Positions 1 to 9,037 of a stretch of 64,000 nt of DNA are shown piece by piece; the first letter of the stretch is position 1, and each line of letters opens with the position of its first letter. Origin of the DNA: Armatimonadota bacterium (GTDB taxonomy: Bacteria; Armatimonadota; HRBIN16); NCBI GenBank assembly GCA_963677485.1, contig OY781964.1, positions 1,984,001-2,048,000 of the forward strand, in the 5' to 3' direction. The translations under genes were made by a program, and so were the position numbers. Below the pieces are notes generated by a model. That model was given only the letters and a program-made list of their open reading frames with translations. It did not search any database and was not told the DNA's origin.

Positions 1-722
1 GCATCTTCCAGATTGTTGACGCCGGTCGTGACTAAAGCTGTCTGTAACCCCAACTCGCGCCCCAGAATGACATCTGTATCCATTCTATCGCCAATAAGCA
101 GGCTGCGTTCAGGTGTGGTTCCCACTTCGGCTATCAGCAGGTTGATCCCAAGCGGGTTTGGTTTCCCCGCGGTATACGCCGTCACTCCGCTCGCTCGTTC
201 AATTGCTGCAACCAGCGAGCCGGCTCCCGGCCGGATGGATCCGTTGGCTCCCGGAAAAGTGGCGTCTTGATTGGTAGCAATAAACTGCGCACCATTCTGT
301 ATCGCCACTAATGATTTACGCAATGTCTCATACGTGAAGTTCCAGTCGATACCTGCCACCACATAATCGGGCTGATCCTCATCGGGGTCGTCCACCAGCT
401 CAATACCCACTGCAAGCAGTTCCGCGCGCAGCCCATCCATGCCCACAACGAAGGCATTCTTACCTTTGGCTCCCTGTTCGATCAGGTGGTAAGCGGCGCA
501 GAAGCTGGATGACATGAACTCAGCGGGTTGGCAATCAATGCCCATGTTCTGCAGCCTTTGGGCAAAGGTATGGCGCGAGACGGATGAGTTGTTGCTGAGA
601 AACCGCACCACCACACCCTCATCACGCAGCCGCTTCACGCCTGTAGCAGCGTAGGGCATCGGCTCCTTGTCTCGGTAGATCACACCGTCCAGGTCGAAAA
701 TAACCAGATCAACATCAAACAT
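1..722 (-). CDS. HAD-superfamily class IIA hydrolase (NagD-like), 3' end outside window
   Basis: Not in ORF track. Manual minus-strand translation from ATG 722 gives MFDVDLVIFDLDGVIYRDKEP...VRFLSNNS (DxDG motif I, SNNS motif II). Overlaps the stop of the upstream gene. Confidence 0.9.
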   Translation of the reverse strand, partial: MFDVDLVIFDLDGVIYRDKEPMPYAATGVKRLRDEGVVVRFLSNNSSVSRHTFAQRLQNMGIDCQPAEFMSSSFCAAYHLIEQGAKGKNAFVVGMDGLRAELLAVGIELVDDPDEDQPDYVVAGIDWNFTYETLRKSLVAIQNGAQFIATNQDATFPGANGSIRPGAGSLVAAIERASGVTAYTAGKPNPLGINLLIAEVGTTPERSLLIGDRMDTDVILGRELGLQTALVTTGVNNLED

Positions 723-1725
723 CGCGGGCCACTACAAACCGGGCAAGGTCCACTAGAGCACGTTTGCCTCGATTATTGTGAAGGGTGTCCAGGCTTTGGA
801 CCGCCTGTTTTGTGTAGTTCAAGGCCCGCTGCCTTGTGAACTCAAATCCGCCAAGCTCCGTGATCAGGGCTGACATCTGTTGGAGGACCAATGGGGAGGT
901 GGTATCTTCAGCCAAAATCACCATCTGCTCACGCTGGGAGCTTGAGGCCTTTTCGAGTGCGTAGATTAATGGCAATGTAAACTTACCCTCGGCAAGGTCA
1001 CTGCCGCATGGCTTCCCTATCCGCTGAGGGTCTCCCATGTAGTCCAGCAGGTCATCTACCATCTGGAAGGCCATTCCCAAATTGTAGCCATAACTTTGTA
1101 ATGCAGCCTGCTCCTGCTCGCTGGCATCGACTGCAATGGCGCCGCACCGGCAACAGACCTCAATCAGCATCGCGGTCTTTTTCCCGATCACTTCCAGATA
1201 CTGCTCTTCAGTGACGTTGGTATCACCTACCAGCAAGGCTTGCATCACTTCACCTTCCGCCAGCGAGCTGCTGACATCAGAGATCGCCCGGATCAGCCGT
1301 AAATCACCGACATTGGCCAACAACTGCACGGAGCGCGCGAGAAGGAAGTCACCAGTCAACACCGATACACCATTGCCGTAAAGTGCATTCGCGGTTTTCC
1401 GTCCCCTGCGCATATTGGTGTTGTCCACCACATCATCATGCATCAGTGAGGCCATGTGCAGCAGTTCCAGGGAGGCGGCGACAGGCAGCAGCGTGTCTAC
1501 TTTCACGGCCGCGTCCACACAGCGGGCACTCAGACAGACTAAAGCGGGGCGTAGCCGTTTGCCGCCAGCGTTCAGCACGTGACTATTTAACTCTGCAATG
1601 ATCGAGACCGATGAGATCACCTCGCGCCTAAGGTAGTGCTCCACCGCATCTATGTCTGGTGAGGCCGTCTCCAGCCACAAAGATTGTGACGAGGGTGATT
1701 CTTCAGGGTGTTGGTTTAGTGTCAT
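715..1725 (-). CDS. Long-chain trans-polyprenyl diphosphate synthase (HepT/IspB-like)
   Basis: GGKRLRP, HDDVVD..RRG (FARM), KTA and FQMVDDLLD (SARM) motifs; adjacent to menG. Confidence 0.95.
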   Translation of the reverse strand: MTLNQHPEESPSSQSLWLETASPDIDAVEHYLRREVISSVSIIAELNSHVLNAGGKRLRPALVCLSARCVDAAVKVDTLLPVAASLELLHMASLMHDDVVDNTNMRRGRKTANALYGNGVSVLTGDFLLARSVQLLANVGDLRLIRAISDVSSSLAEGEVMQALLVGDTNVTEEQYLEVIGKKTAMLIEVCCRCGAIAVDASEQEQAALQSYGYNLGMAFQMVDDLLDYMGDPQRIGKPCGSDLAEGKFTLPLIYALEKASSSQREQMVILAEDTTSPLVLQQMSALITELGGFEFTRQRALNYTKQAVQSLDTLHNNRGKRALVDLARFVVARDV

Positions 1726-2504
1726 AGCTTTTTCGTTTTACTTCCATGGTGTATGACGACATACCCGAGTGTGAGGTCTTTCCACCGATTATTTCGCAAA
1801 CCAGCATCATGCATCAGTTGGGCCAACGCGCGCCTGCCAGGAAACAGCCGTATGGAGGCCGGCAGATAGGCGTATCCGTCGCTGCCGCTGAACAGCCTGC
1901 CGATGACCGGCAACAGCTTTTCGCAATACAGAACATGCATGATTCGGGCCAGGCGTTTACGCGGATGGTTGAACTCCAGCACCACCAGTTTACCTTCCGG
2001 CTTTAGCACCCGAACAAACTCTTCGAGCGCCTTTTCCAGCATCACCACGTTACGTAACCCAAAGCCGATGGTGATCACATCAAAACTGGCATCAGCGAAA
2101 GGCAGATGCATGGCATCCCCCACTATCAGCTCATACTCCGGCTTGTTGATCATCAGTCTGTTCAGCTTTTTCCGGGCGATTTCCAGCATCTTAGGCACAA
2201 AATCCAGCCCGATCACCAGCCCTCTGCCGTCCATACGCTTCATGGCCTCAATCATCATGTCCCCGGTACCGGTAGCCACATCGAGTATGGTTTGGCCAGG
2301 GCGGATATCTGCAATCGAGATGGCTTGCTGCCGCCATTTATGGTGCATGCGAAGGCTTAGTATGGAGTTCATGCGGTCATACTGCCCAGCTATGGTGCTG
2401 AACATTTTGCGCACGTAATGACCCTTCTCATCACCCACCAGGTGATAAGAGGGCCTTTTGCGCTTGGGTTGACCTCGGTTTGGGTCGTGACTATATGTAC
2501 TCAT
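1722..2504 (-). CDS. menG: Demethylmenaquinone methyltransferase UbiE/MenG
   Basis: YDRMNSILS, LDVATGTGD SAM motif, GFGLRNV, RVLKPEG, YAYLPASI. Confidence 0.93.
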   Translation of the reverse strand: MSTYSHDPNRGQPKRKRPSYHLVGDEKGHYVRKMFSTIAGQYDRMNSILSLRMHHKWRQQAISIADIRPGQTILDVATGTGDMMIEAMKRMDGRGLVIGLDFVPKMLEIARKKLNRLMINKPEYELIVGDAMHLPFADASFDVITIGFGLRNVVMLEKALEEFVRVLKPEGKLVVLEFNHPRKRLARIMHVLYCEKLLPVIGRLFSGSDGYAYLPASIRLFPGRRALAQLMHDAGLRNNRWKDLTLGYVVIHHGSKTKKL

Positions 2505-2551
2505 GACCGAAATAAGTATACCATTCTATAAAATAAGTGTGTTGTCATATG

Positions 2552-3424
2552 TCAAGCGATCACCTGCAAGCCGGTGGCGGATGGCATCAGCTTCCTGAAG
2601 ATAGGACGCTCATTTGGTGTTTGGTTTGGCTGATGAAGCGAAAGATACCATTGCCCATCATATGCCTGAAACACCATTCCGTGGCCTGCATCGTCATTGG
2701 CCAAAGCGGTTGGCTGCTGCAGCCATGGGCCAAGAATACCTGCCTCGGAGGTGGCGATTCCCTGGGCATAGCGTCCAGCCTGGAAGCTGCTCCACAACAT
2801 GCCTAGCAGTCCACCTGGCAATGTAAATAGGAACGGACCATCAGTCACATACACATCGTGCTGCGCGCCCATTTGGAGAGAGCTGACCCATGGCGCGTCC
2901 GAAGCTTTGAACAGCGTGACGGGATCCCCTGTAGCACGGCTGAGGTCATCGCTGAGAGGAATGGCGCAGATCTCGCCATCAGTGATCTGTACCCATTCGT
3001 GACAGAACACCATATACGGCTTGCCGTTCTCCACCCACAAGGTGCCGTCGAGGCACTCCCAGTCGGCTGGGGTGACGGGGCCATCGCTAATGGGTTCATA
3101 TGGACCTGCCGGATGGTTGCTGCACAGTATCTGTGTGCCGCGCCGCCGAGTGGGGCTGTGCAGCGTAATAAACATATAGTAAGCACCTTGAAAGGCATGA
3201 ACCTCAGGTGCCCAGTATTCTTGCTGGCTCCAGAACGTAGCATCTGGTGTGAAAGCCGCAATAGGCCCACTCCAACACTGCAGGTCTGTGCTGCGGTAAC
3301 AACAAACGGCTTCGGGCCGTTGGTCCCAGCAGGTGCTGCCCAGTGTACCAAACAGGTAGTATGCATTTTCATCGGGCACCGGCAGTACAAACGGATCACG
3401 ATAGTTTATATCGCTCAGCTTCAT
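2552..3424 (-). CDS. Glycoside hydrolase family 43
   Basis: RDPFV, WAPEV, CLDGTL, DGPF and GHG motifs of the five-bladed propeller. Confidence 0.9.
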   Translation of the reverse strand: MKLSDINYRDPFVLPVPDENAYYLFGTLGSTCWDQRPEAVCCYRSTDLQCWSGPIAAFTPDATFWSQQEYWAPEVHAFQGAYYMFITLHSPTRRRGTQILCSNHPAGPYEPISDGPVTPADWECLDGTLWVENGKPYMVFCHEWVQITDGEICAIPLSDDLSRATGDPVTLFKASDAPWVSSLQMGAQHDVYVTDGPFLFTLPGGLLGMLWSSFQAGRYAQGIATSEAGILGPWLQQPTALANDDAGHGMVFQAYDGQWYLSLHQPNQTPNERPIFRKLMPSATGLQVIA

Positions 3425-3545
3425 GGGTTACCTCCGCGCGTCTAGCATCATAAATATGGTATCAGTTTCTGGCAATGAAGGTTGGAATACATAAAGTGCT
3501 AAAATATGATTTAGGTAACAATGGCCCACGAGACACCATGCGGGT

Positions 3546-4553
3546 GTGATAAGCAGGCAACAGGAGAGACAGATGATCACCATCCTATTACGAATGAAAA
3601 ACACACTTATTATATTATGTGCAGTGGTGCTGGGTGTAGCTATCGGGGCGGCAGTCACAAACCGTATGATCCGTCCCATGCAGGTCAACGGAATGTCGAT
3701 TGGCCGGTTTGAACAGCGGTATCCAGGCTTTTTCCAAGGGCCGATGGTCAATGCACGACTGGGTGATCTTCCTGACGGGACTCTGGTCAATACCGGACAA
3801 CTCACGGTCTACATGGCCGATATTGAGAAACTGTTGCGGTCAGAAACTCCAGCCATCGCCAAACAGATAAATCTAAATCTGCCAATCGTTGTGGAACAGA
3901 TGGCGGAAAGCCTGCTTTTCAGGCAAGAGCTATTGGAATATGCTCAAAAACAAAACATCCCCAAGGACACCCCCGTAAAGAACCTCAGCGAAGCTTACCA
4001 AACCGAGCTTATGCGTACCACCGAAGTGAATGAATCGGACATTGAGGCGTTCTACGAACAGCAAAAGGAACAATACGGCGGCTCTTTACCTCCTCTTGAC
4101 GTGGTTCGTGACCAGATAAAACAAAGATTGACCGAAACCGCCATGAGTAATAAATTCACCTTGCGTATGAACCTGCTGGCCCAACAATGTGTAGTCAACC
4201 GAAAATGGGTGGAAGCTCAGTATAAAGAACTCCTCTTGAGACCTGATGTTCAAGCGGTAGAGAAGCTGCGGTATGGCGGTAAACCGACTATTCTGGTGTT
4301 TGCCTTTAATGATCCTAAATTGATGTCGGCAGTTGATCAACAGATGAAGGATTTAAAGAAACTAGTAAATGATAAAGCCAATATCAGTGTCGTGCCTTCT
4401 ACATCCCGGACTTTCTTGAGGGCGCGGTATCGAGTCGGCGAGGTAAATTGGATGACAATAGTGTTTAACACGACCGGCCGCGAGGTCTACCGGACTGAAG
4501 GGCAAGTTCCCACCGAAGAGCTGCTGTTGATTTTGAAACAGGCCGGTATGTAG
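3546..4553 (+). CDS. Membrane-anchored hypothetical protein, SurA/PrsA-like helical region plus thioredoxin-like C-terminus lacking CxxC (likely start ~3594)
   Basis: N-terminal TM helix; EVNESDIEAFYEQQK..PLDVVRDQIK resembles the SurA N-domain; GKPTILVF..IVFNTTGREVYRTEG resembles a Trx fold. Confidence 0.55.
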   Translation: MISRQQERQMITILLRMKNTLIILCAVVLGVAIGAAVTNRMIRPMQVNGMSIGRFEQRYPGFFQGPMVNARLGDLPDGTLVNTGQLTVYMADIEKLLRSETPAIAKQINLNLPIVVEQMAESLLFRQELLEYAQKQNIPKDTPVKNLSEAYQTELMRTTEVNESDIEAFYEQQKEQYGGSLPPLDVVRDQIKQRLTETAMSNKFTLRMNLLAQQCVVNRKWVEAQYKELLLRPDVQAVEKLRYGGKPTILVFAFNDPKLMSAVDQQMKDLKKLVNDKANISVVPSTSRTFLRARYRVGEVNWMTIVFNTTGREVYRTEGQVPTEELLLILKQAGM

Positions 4554-4584
4554 GGTCGCGGCCGCCTGCGGGTTTGTCGGCCTT

Positions 4585-4995
4585 GATTGCCACTGTCCGG
4601 GGCGGTTTTCTCCTAACCGCGCCGGTCTTGTTTCCGACACCAATATGTATGGCTCACCGCCAGACCGGCGCGGTCTTTAGCCACCTGCCATTGTTTGCCT
4701 CCTGAAAGACCGCCCCGGACAGTGGCAATACACACACTAACAGACAGCCGATACCAACGTCCGGGGCGATTTTCCTCACCGACCGGTCCCGAATTTCCTA
4801 TGTCCGGGGCGGTTTTCCCCTAACCGCGCCGGTCTTGTTCCCGACATGTATATTTATGGCTCACCGCCAGACCGGCGCGGTCTTTAGCCGTCTGTCATTG
4901 TGTGCCTCCTGAAAGACCGCCCCGGACAGTGGCAATACACACCCTAACATACACCCGTTCCCCTCCGCGTCCTCCGCGTCTCCGCGTGACACATC
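4585..4995. repeat. Composite REP/BIME-like cluster: two tandem ~205-bp units of GTCCGGGGCGGT/ACCGCGCCGGTC hairpins plus CTCCGCGT micro-repeats
   Basis: 4595-4740 is nearly identical to 4801-4945; lies between convergent genes. Confidence 0.85.
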
Positions 4996-5007
4996 CCGGG
5001 GGTCACA

Positions 5008-5040
5008 AAAAAAGCCGGGTGGAAAAATCCACCCGGCTTC
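5008..5040 (-). terminator. Intrinsic terminator of the 3D-domain gene
   Basis: AAGCCGGGTGGA-AAAA-TCCACCCGGCTT hairpin preceded by an A-run (U-tail on minus). Confidence 0.8.
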
Positions 5041-5065
5041 GTGTACACCGCTATTGCGGTTCACA

Positions 5066-5827
5066 CTAATTCAGAACGTGTACCTTCACGGTCCGTCGTC
5101 CGGTACGCATGGCTTGACTGTGTGTGTCATGCCCCAGGTCGATCCGGTTGCCTTTGATGGCCCCTCCGGTATCGGCTGCTACTGCGTATCCATAGCCCTC
5201 AATATAGAGCTTGGTCCCTAAAGGTATCACTCTTGGATCAACGGCAACCACGCCGACACCGGCGTGAATTCCCGTGGCTGTGCGTCCAGATCGGCTGCCT
5301 CCACAGGTATATGGGGCATACCCGGTGGCTCTCATGTACAGTACCTTGCGGGCACCGTATCCACTGCGCGACAGAGGTGTATTGCTCTGCCTTAGTGCTT
5401 TTACCCGAACAAAATTAGCTCGGACAGAAGCTTTACCGCTCTTTCGGCTGATGGTCTTAAGAGCAGGTTTCGGCACAGATGCTGTAGAAATTTGAAGCTG
5501 CGCGGGCTTCGGTTGCTCTGTGCTATGTACTGTATCCGTATTCTGCTGACTCTCAGGCAGAGTATCGGTCTTAGTTGTCACCTTTACCTCGGTATTATAA
5601 ACGAGGGGTGTGTTTAGGTCAGGTATGATAAGCGAATGCTCATCTAACTTAACTTGTGCCTCTCGCAGAAATTCTGCGACTGTTGAGGCCTGTGTTGTCA
5701 ACGTACGCACCGTGCCACCCTCCACCAACCGTACTTCACGGGTGGCATCAGCGGTCACATACGCGCAGACAGTGAATGTAATCGCCACTGCGGCTAACGC
5801 CACTGCGACTGCTTTCGCTTTTTGCAC
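5066..5827 (-). CDS. Cell-wall protein with ubiquitin-like DUF348 and 3D domain (YabE/Sps-like lytic transglycosylase)
   Basis: ATGY..TATG..VAVDPRVIPLGTKLYIEGYGYAVAADTGGAIKGNRIDL. Likely start is GTG 5827 after AGGAGG; the ORF track starts at 5872. Confidence 0.9.
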   Translation of the reverse strand: MQKAKAVAVALAAVAITFTVCAYVTADATREVRLVEGGTVRTLTTQASTVAEFLREAQVKLDEHSLIIPDLNTPLVYNTEVKVTTKTDTLPESQQNTDTVHSTEQPKPAQLQISTASVPKPALKTISRKSGKASVRANFVRVKALRQSNTPLSRSGYGARKVLYMRATGYAPYTCGGSRSGRTATGIHAGVGVVAVDPRVIPLGTKLYIEGYGYAVAADTGGAIKGNRIDLGHDTHSQAMRTGRRTVKVHVLN

Positions 5828-5979
5828 GCTGTCCTCCTTTTCGGCACCTTGGCGGCTCTGTAAACCAACCAAGGATTTGTCGGTGCCGATTCGAACGCAA
5901 GCGTGATGATGCTACCACATGATTTTTGGGTGAGTCAATCCTGGTAATTGGAGTTGTGCTGGAGCTTAGAAATTATATA

Positions 5980-6025
5980 TGTCATATTTTGTATTATTTA
6001 GTTCTTATTGTCATATTTTATTATT
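5980..6025. promoter_or_regulatory. AT-rich direct repeat TGTCATATTTT(G)TATTATT x2 overlapping a possible TTGTCA-17-TGTAAT promoter
   Basis: Copies at 5980-5998 and 6009-6025, 29 bp apart. Confidence 0.45.
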
Positions 6026-6073
6026 CATTGTGTAATTATATATAAGTATTGTTATGCACAGCCTCGATATGCT

Positions 6074-6630
6074 TCAGGTATGTTCAGCACAAAACAGCCC
6101 ATTATCACAAAAATACCACCGAATCTGTGAGATACCTGACCTCGAACAGGGTAATTCTTAAATTCAGTGTCTTCGAAAGGAACACAGCATCAACTATATA
6201 TACACCAGGCGCGATAAAGCCATATGGAACCATATTTCAGGTGAATTCATGGCCTGATATGTCAACTCGGCGAACACAGTATCGACTCACCGTCCGACTA
6301 TCCCTGGTCATATATATTTCCTCATCTCCGTCATCTGTGGTTCTAATTCTACTAGTAGCACATAGGGGATACGGCTCCAGTACCTGACAAGATGGCCGAA
6401 TAACCACGGGATTTATACAAATAGCCCGTAAACAGTAGATTTTACTGGTGGACACCATTCATAATAAAGACAGATCGAATGAAATAGGAGGTAACTGCCC
6501 TATGGACTGTTCTCGAGGTACTCTTTGGGCCTAGGGTTTTAACCCATAAGGTCATAAACGGCAAATTCGCTGTTTTGAGCTAGTGAGCCATGAATTCTAG
6601 GCCCACTCTCCGGCTACCACCGATTAGGGC
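6074..6630 (+). ncRNA. Putative structured RNA: multi-hairpin 5' part and rod-like 3' part with weak 6S-like features
   Basis: Stems 6074-6081/6132-6139, a GAAA-capped hairpin 6167-6185, 6196-6209/6303-6316, and a 14-bp stem 6526-6539/6592-6605; no convincing long ORF; ends in a terminator. Confidence 0.35.
6502..6534 (+). CDS. Possible 10-aa micro-ORF MDCSRGTLWA
   Basis: Perfect AGGAGG at 6486-6491, 10 nt before ATG. Confidence 0.3.
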   Translation: MDCSRGTLWA

Positions 6631-6659
6631 TTGCTGTAATTTGGCAAGCCCTCTTTTTT
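6626..6659 (+). terminator. Intrinsic terminator
   Basis: AGGGCTTGC...GCAAGCCCT followed by CTTTTTT. Confidence 0.85.
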
Positions 6660-6676
6660 GTATATGGTAACTAGTC

Positions 6677-7033
6677 GTAGGGGCGTCCCTTGTGGGCGCC
6701 CTAAACGTGAACTATCGAACGATCAACGATTAGGGCCACCACAAGGGTGGCCCCTACGACCGTATCCGCTACATTATGGGCTGCCGTGAATGCACGGGCA
6801 GGTGCTTGTAAGTCACCCATGGAGATTCGCGAATCGCCCCTAGTACGCTGACGCGTAAGCGGGGAACCCTCCCCTGCGCCGGCCGGAGCGGAGCGACGCC
6901 GGCCGATATTGATCAGCCACGCGGTGGGGAAACCCCTAAGGGACGCCAGTCCCGTGGGGTGACTGAACCCGTGGCCATTTGCGACCGTATCCGCTACAGC
7001 CTGGGCAGCCGTGCCGGCACGGGCAGGTGCTTG
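6677..7033. repeat. REP cluster with GTAG/CTAC-ended palindromes, an imperfect ~52-bp direct repeat, and an orphan IS110 left junction
   Basis: GTAGGGGCGTCC..GGGCGCCC and GGGCCACC..GGTGGCCCCTAC; GACCGTATCCGCTACA...GCACGGGCAGGTGCTTGT at ~6758 and ~6983. Confidence 0.8.
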
Positions 7034-7253
7034 TTTACTTCATATATATATAGTTTGGCGCAACCTCTGTTGCTCAGTTGAACACGAAGGGCTCCATATG
7101 TGTCTATAATATTGGTATACACGTGCATCATGTTATGATGAATGCGGTGTCTTTTTTCCAAAACTGGAAAGAAGGATTCTGTATTAGGTGCGTTGAAACT
7201 GAAAGCTGTGCCATAATATAGTAGTTATCCGATTTGCTGGAGATCTCGAAACT

Positions 7254-7964
7254 ATGCGAATCCTAAGTATCTCGAGAAGGCTGGCCGCTGCGGTGGTCTT
7301 GCCTCTAATTGCTACCGCTGTATATGCAGCCAACATCGTACCTGAAGCTCAGTTGCTTGGCACGAAGTTGATGACCCCCATTCGTAACGTGATCCTGCGA
7401 CTCGGTCCGCCGCAGTTCATCGGTTTAGCACCATGTGCGTCCGATGATATCTATGGCGTGTTAAAACAAGTTCTTGAGCAGCAAGGTGCCACTGGCACAG
7501 GTGCTGCAGGCGCAGGTGCTGTATCAACGATGGGTGGAGCATCAAGCATGCCCATGATGATGGGTTCGATGCCGATGTCACCCACGACAAGCCCCTCTGC
7601 AGCAATGTCAACCGGCATGCTGGGTTCTCAGGTTGGGCCATCTCTGGGTGGAGCAATGGGAGCCTCTTCAAGCGCCGCTAAGGTCGATAACATGGCTGTA
7701 TACGATCAAACGATCTTCTACTTCAATGCCGACGACATCGTTGTGCGGATCGCCTCTGTCAAAAACACAGGGAAACACCCGGTGGCTAAGACCGTAAGGG
7801 GAGTGAAACAAGGCGACATGTTCTCTAAAGTGATCAAAACCTACGGTTGGCCTAAGCGATTTGCGGCTGAAGGCCAGTATTTCCTTTTGGATTATCCGGA
7901 TTATGGTCTACGGTTCGGCTTCAAGGTGAATAAAGTCATCTATATCGAGTCGGTCATACTGTAG
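7254..7964 (+). CDS. Secreted hypothetical protein with Gly/Met/Ser-rich insert
   Basis: Signal peptide (AVYA); shares LxGxKL..RLGxP and TxxG..G..F..VxKxYGxP motifs with the next ORF. Confidence 0.8.
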   Translation: MRILSISRRLAAAVVLPLIATAVYAANIVPEAQLLGTKLMTPIRNVILRLGPPQFIGLAPCASDDIYGVLKQVLEQQGATGTGAAGAGAVSTMGGASSMPMMMGSMPMSPTTSPSAAMSTGMLGSQVGPSLGGAMGASSSAAKVDNMAVYDQTIFYFNADDIVVRIASVKNTGKHPVAKTVRGVKQGDMFSKVIKTYGWPKRFAAEGQYFLLDYPDYGLRFGFKVNKVIYIESVIL

Positions 7965-7991
7965 CACCATTCCCAAGGAGAGTAGTCGCAC

Positions 7992-9017
7992 ATGAGTAAG
8001 TATTTTTTAACCACGATGGCCGTAATGGCACTGGTGGCAGCACAGATGTCCGCCATGGCTGTAGAAACCAAGCTGGCCGGAGTGAAACTGGGTATCACCA
8101 CCTCGCAACAACTAGTATCAAGGCTGGGCAACCCCACGATGGTACAAGTGAATGACGGCCGGACAGGCACAGGCTCGGGTACTGCTGGTGCGGCTGCTGG
8201 GATGTCCAGTATGGGCGGGTCTTCTATGGCTCTGCTCGGTGGTATGCAAAGTGCTGTGCAGGGTTATGCTGGCGCATTGAACTCCGCTATGGGTGGTGGT
8301 GCACCGACGATGCCTGGCATGTCCATGCCCGGTATGTCAATGCCCGGTATGGGTGGAATGCCCGGCATGGGCAGCTCTTCTATGCCTGGTATGGGCGGAT
8401 CCCAGCAGCGGGGCACGTCCGATATGCAGCAGCCAGGGGCCGAAGTGTTGATGATCTACGAAACCAGCGGGCATAAAATGCGCTACGAGTTCCTTTTTAA
8501 CCGATTAGGCAAGCTGAAACAGATCAGTGTTTACGGCTTTAAAGACCTTCGTGGTCTTAAAACTCGTGCATCGGCGATCACTTCACAGGGCATCGGCATT
8601 GGATCCTCGTTTAACCAGGTAGTCAAAAAATACGGGATGCCCAGCTCTGGTGTATATGGCAAGAGCTCTAATAAAGCACAGAACACCATCACTTTTGTCT
8701 ATCTGGACAAACACCTCGCGATTCAGTTCGTAAAGAACTCGGTAGTCGCGCTTGTCGTATGTCTTGATCCACCTACGAAATACACTTTCGAATCTCCCGG
8801 CTACTCTTCTGGTCAGGCTCCGGTTGCTCAAGGCGGCATGGGATCAACCATGCCAGGAATGGGCGCGATGTCTGGCGGTTCCTCTATGCCTTCGATGCCT
8901 GGCATGATGTCGCCTGGGATGAGCGGTGGCGGTGCAAGCTCGCCTATGATGCCTCCGGGTATGGGTATCGGCGGCGGTGGTATGTCCATGCCCCCATCGC
9001 CAAACATAGGCCGCTAA
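7992..9017 (+). CDS. Secreted hypothetical protein with MPGM repeats (paralog of the previous ORF)
   Basis: AGGAG RBS, signal peptide (AMA), two GM-rich tracts. Confidence 0.85.
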   Translation: MSKYFLTTMAVMALVAAQMSAMAVETKLAGVKLGITTSQQLVSRLGNPTMVQVNDGRTGTGSGTAGAAAGMSSMGGSSMALLGGMQSAVQGYAGALNSAMGGGAPTMPGMSMPGMSMPGMGGMPGMGSSSMPGMGGSQQRGTSDMQQPGAEVLMIYETSGHKMRYEFLFNRLGKLKQISVYGFKDLRGLKTRASAITSQGIGIGSSFNQVVKKYGMPSSGVYGKSSNKAQNTITFVYLDKHLAIQFVKNSVVALVVCLDPPTKYTFESPGYSSGQAPVAQGGMGSTMPGMGAMSGGSSMPSMPGMMSPGMSGGGASSPMMPPGMGIGGGGMSMPPSPNIGR

Positions 9018-9037
9018 CTGGAGCATGAAGGTGATGC

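Noticed and set aside
3124-3132. ACAGTATCT matching the IS110 left donor + core
   Set aside because: It lies inside the intact GH43 ORF, is followed by GT rather than AC/AG, and has no upstream TTGACA. Probably chance.
6049-6458. ORFs 6049-6387 (+) and 6237-6458 (-)
   Set aside because: No RBS, atypical composition and no recognisable motif.
6490-6520. Minus-strand GAGAACAGTCCATAGGGCAG resembling RNase P RNA
   Set aside because: It lacks the GAGGAAAGUCC consensus and a matching 3' P4 strand.
6850-6985. Second bridge RNA or c-di-AMP riboswitch after the orphan junction
   Set aside because: No LTG/RTG pair that specifies a coherent target. The AGCCACG..AACCCGTGG arms match the REP family at ~14797.
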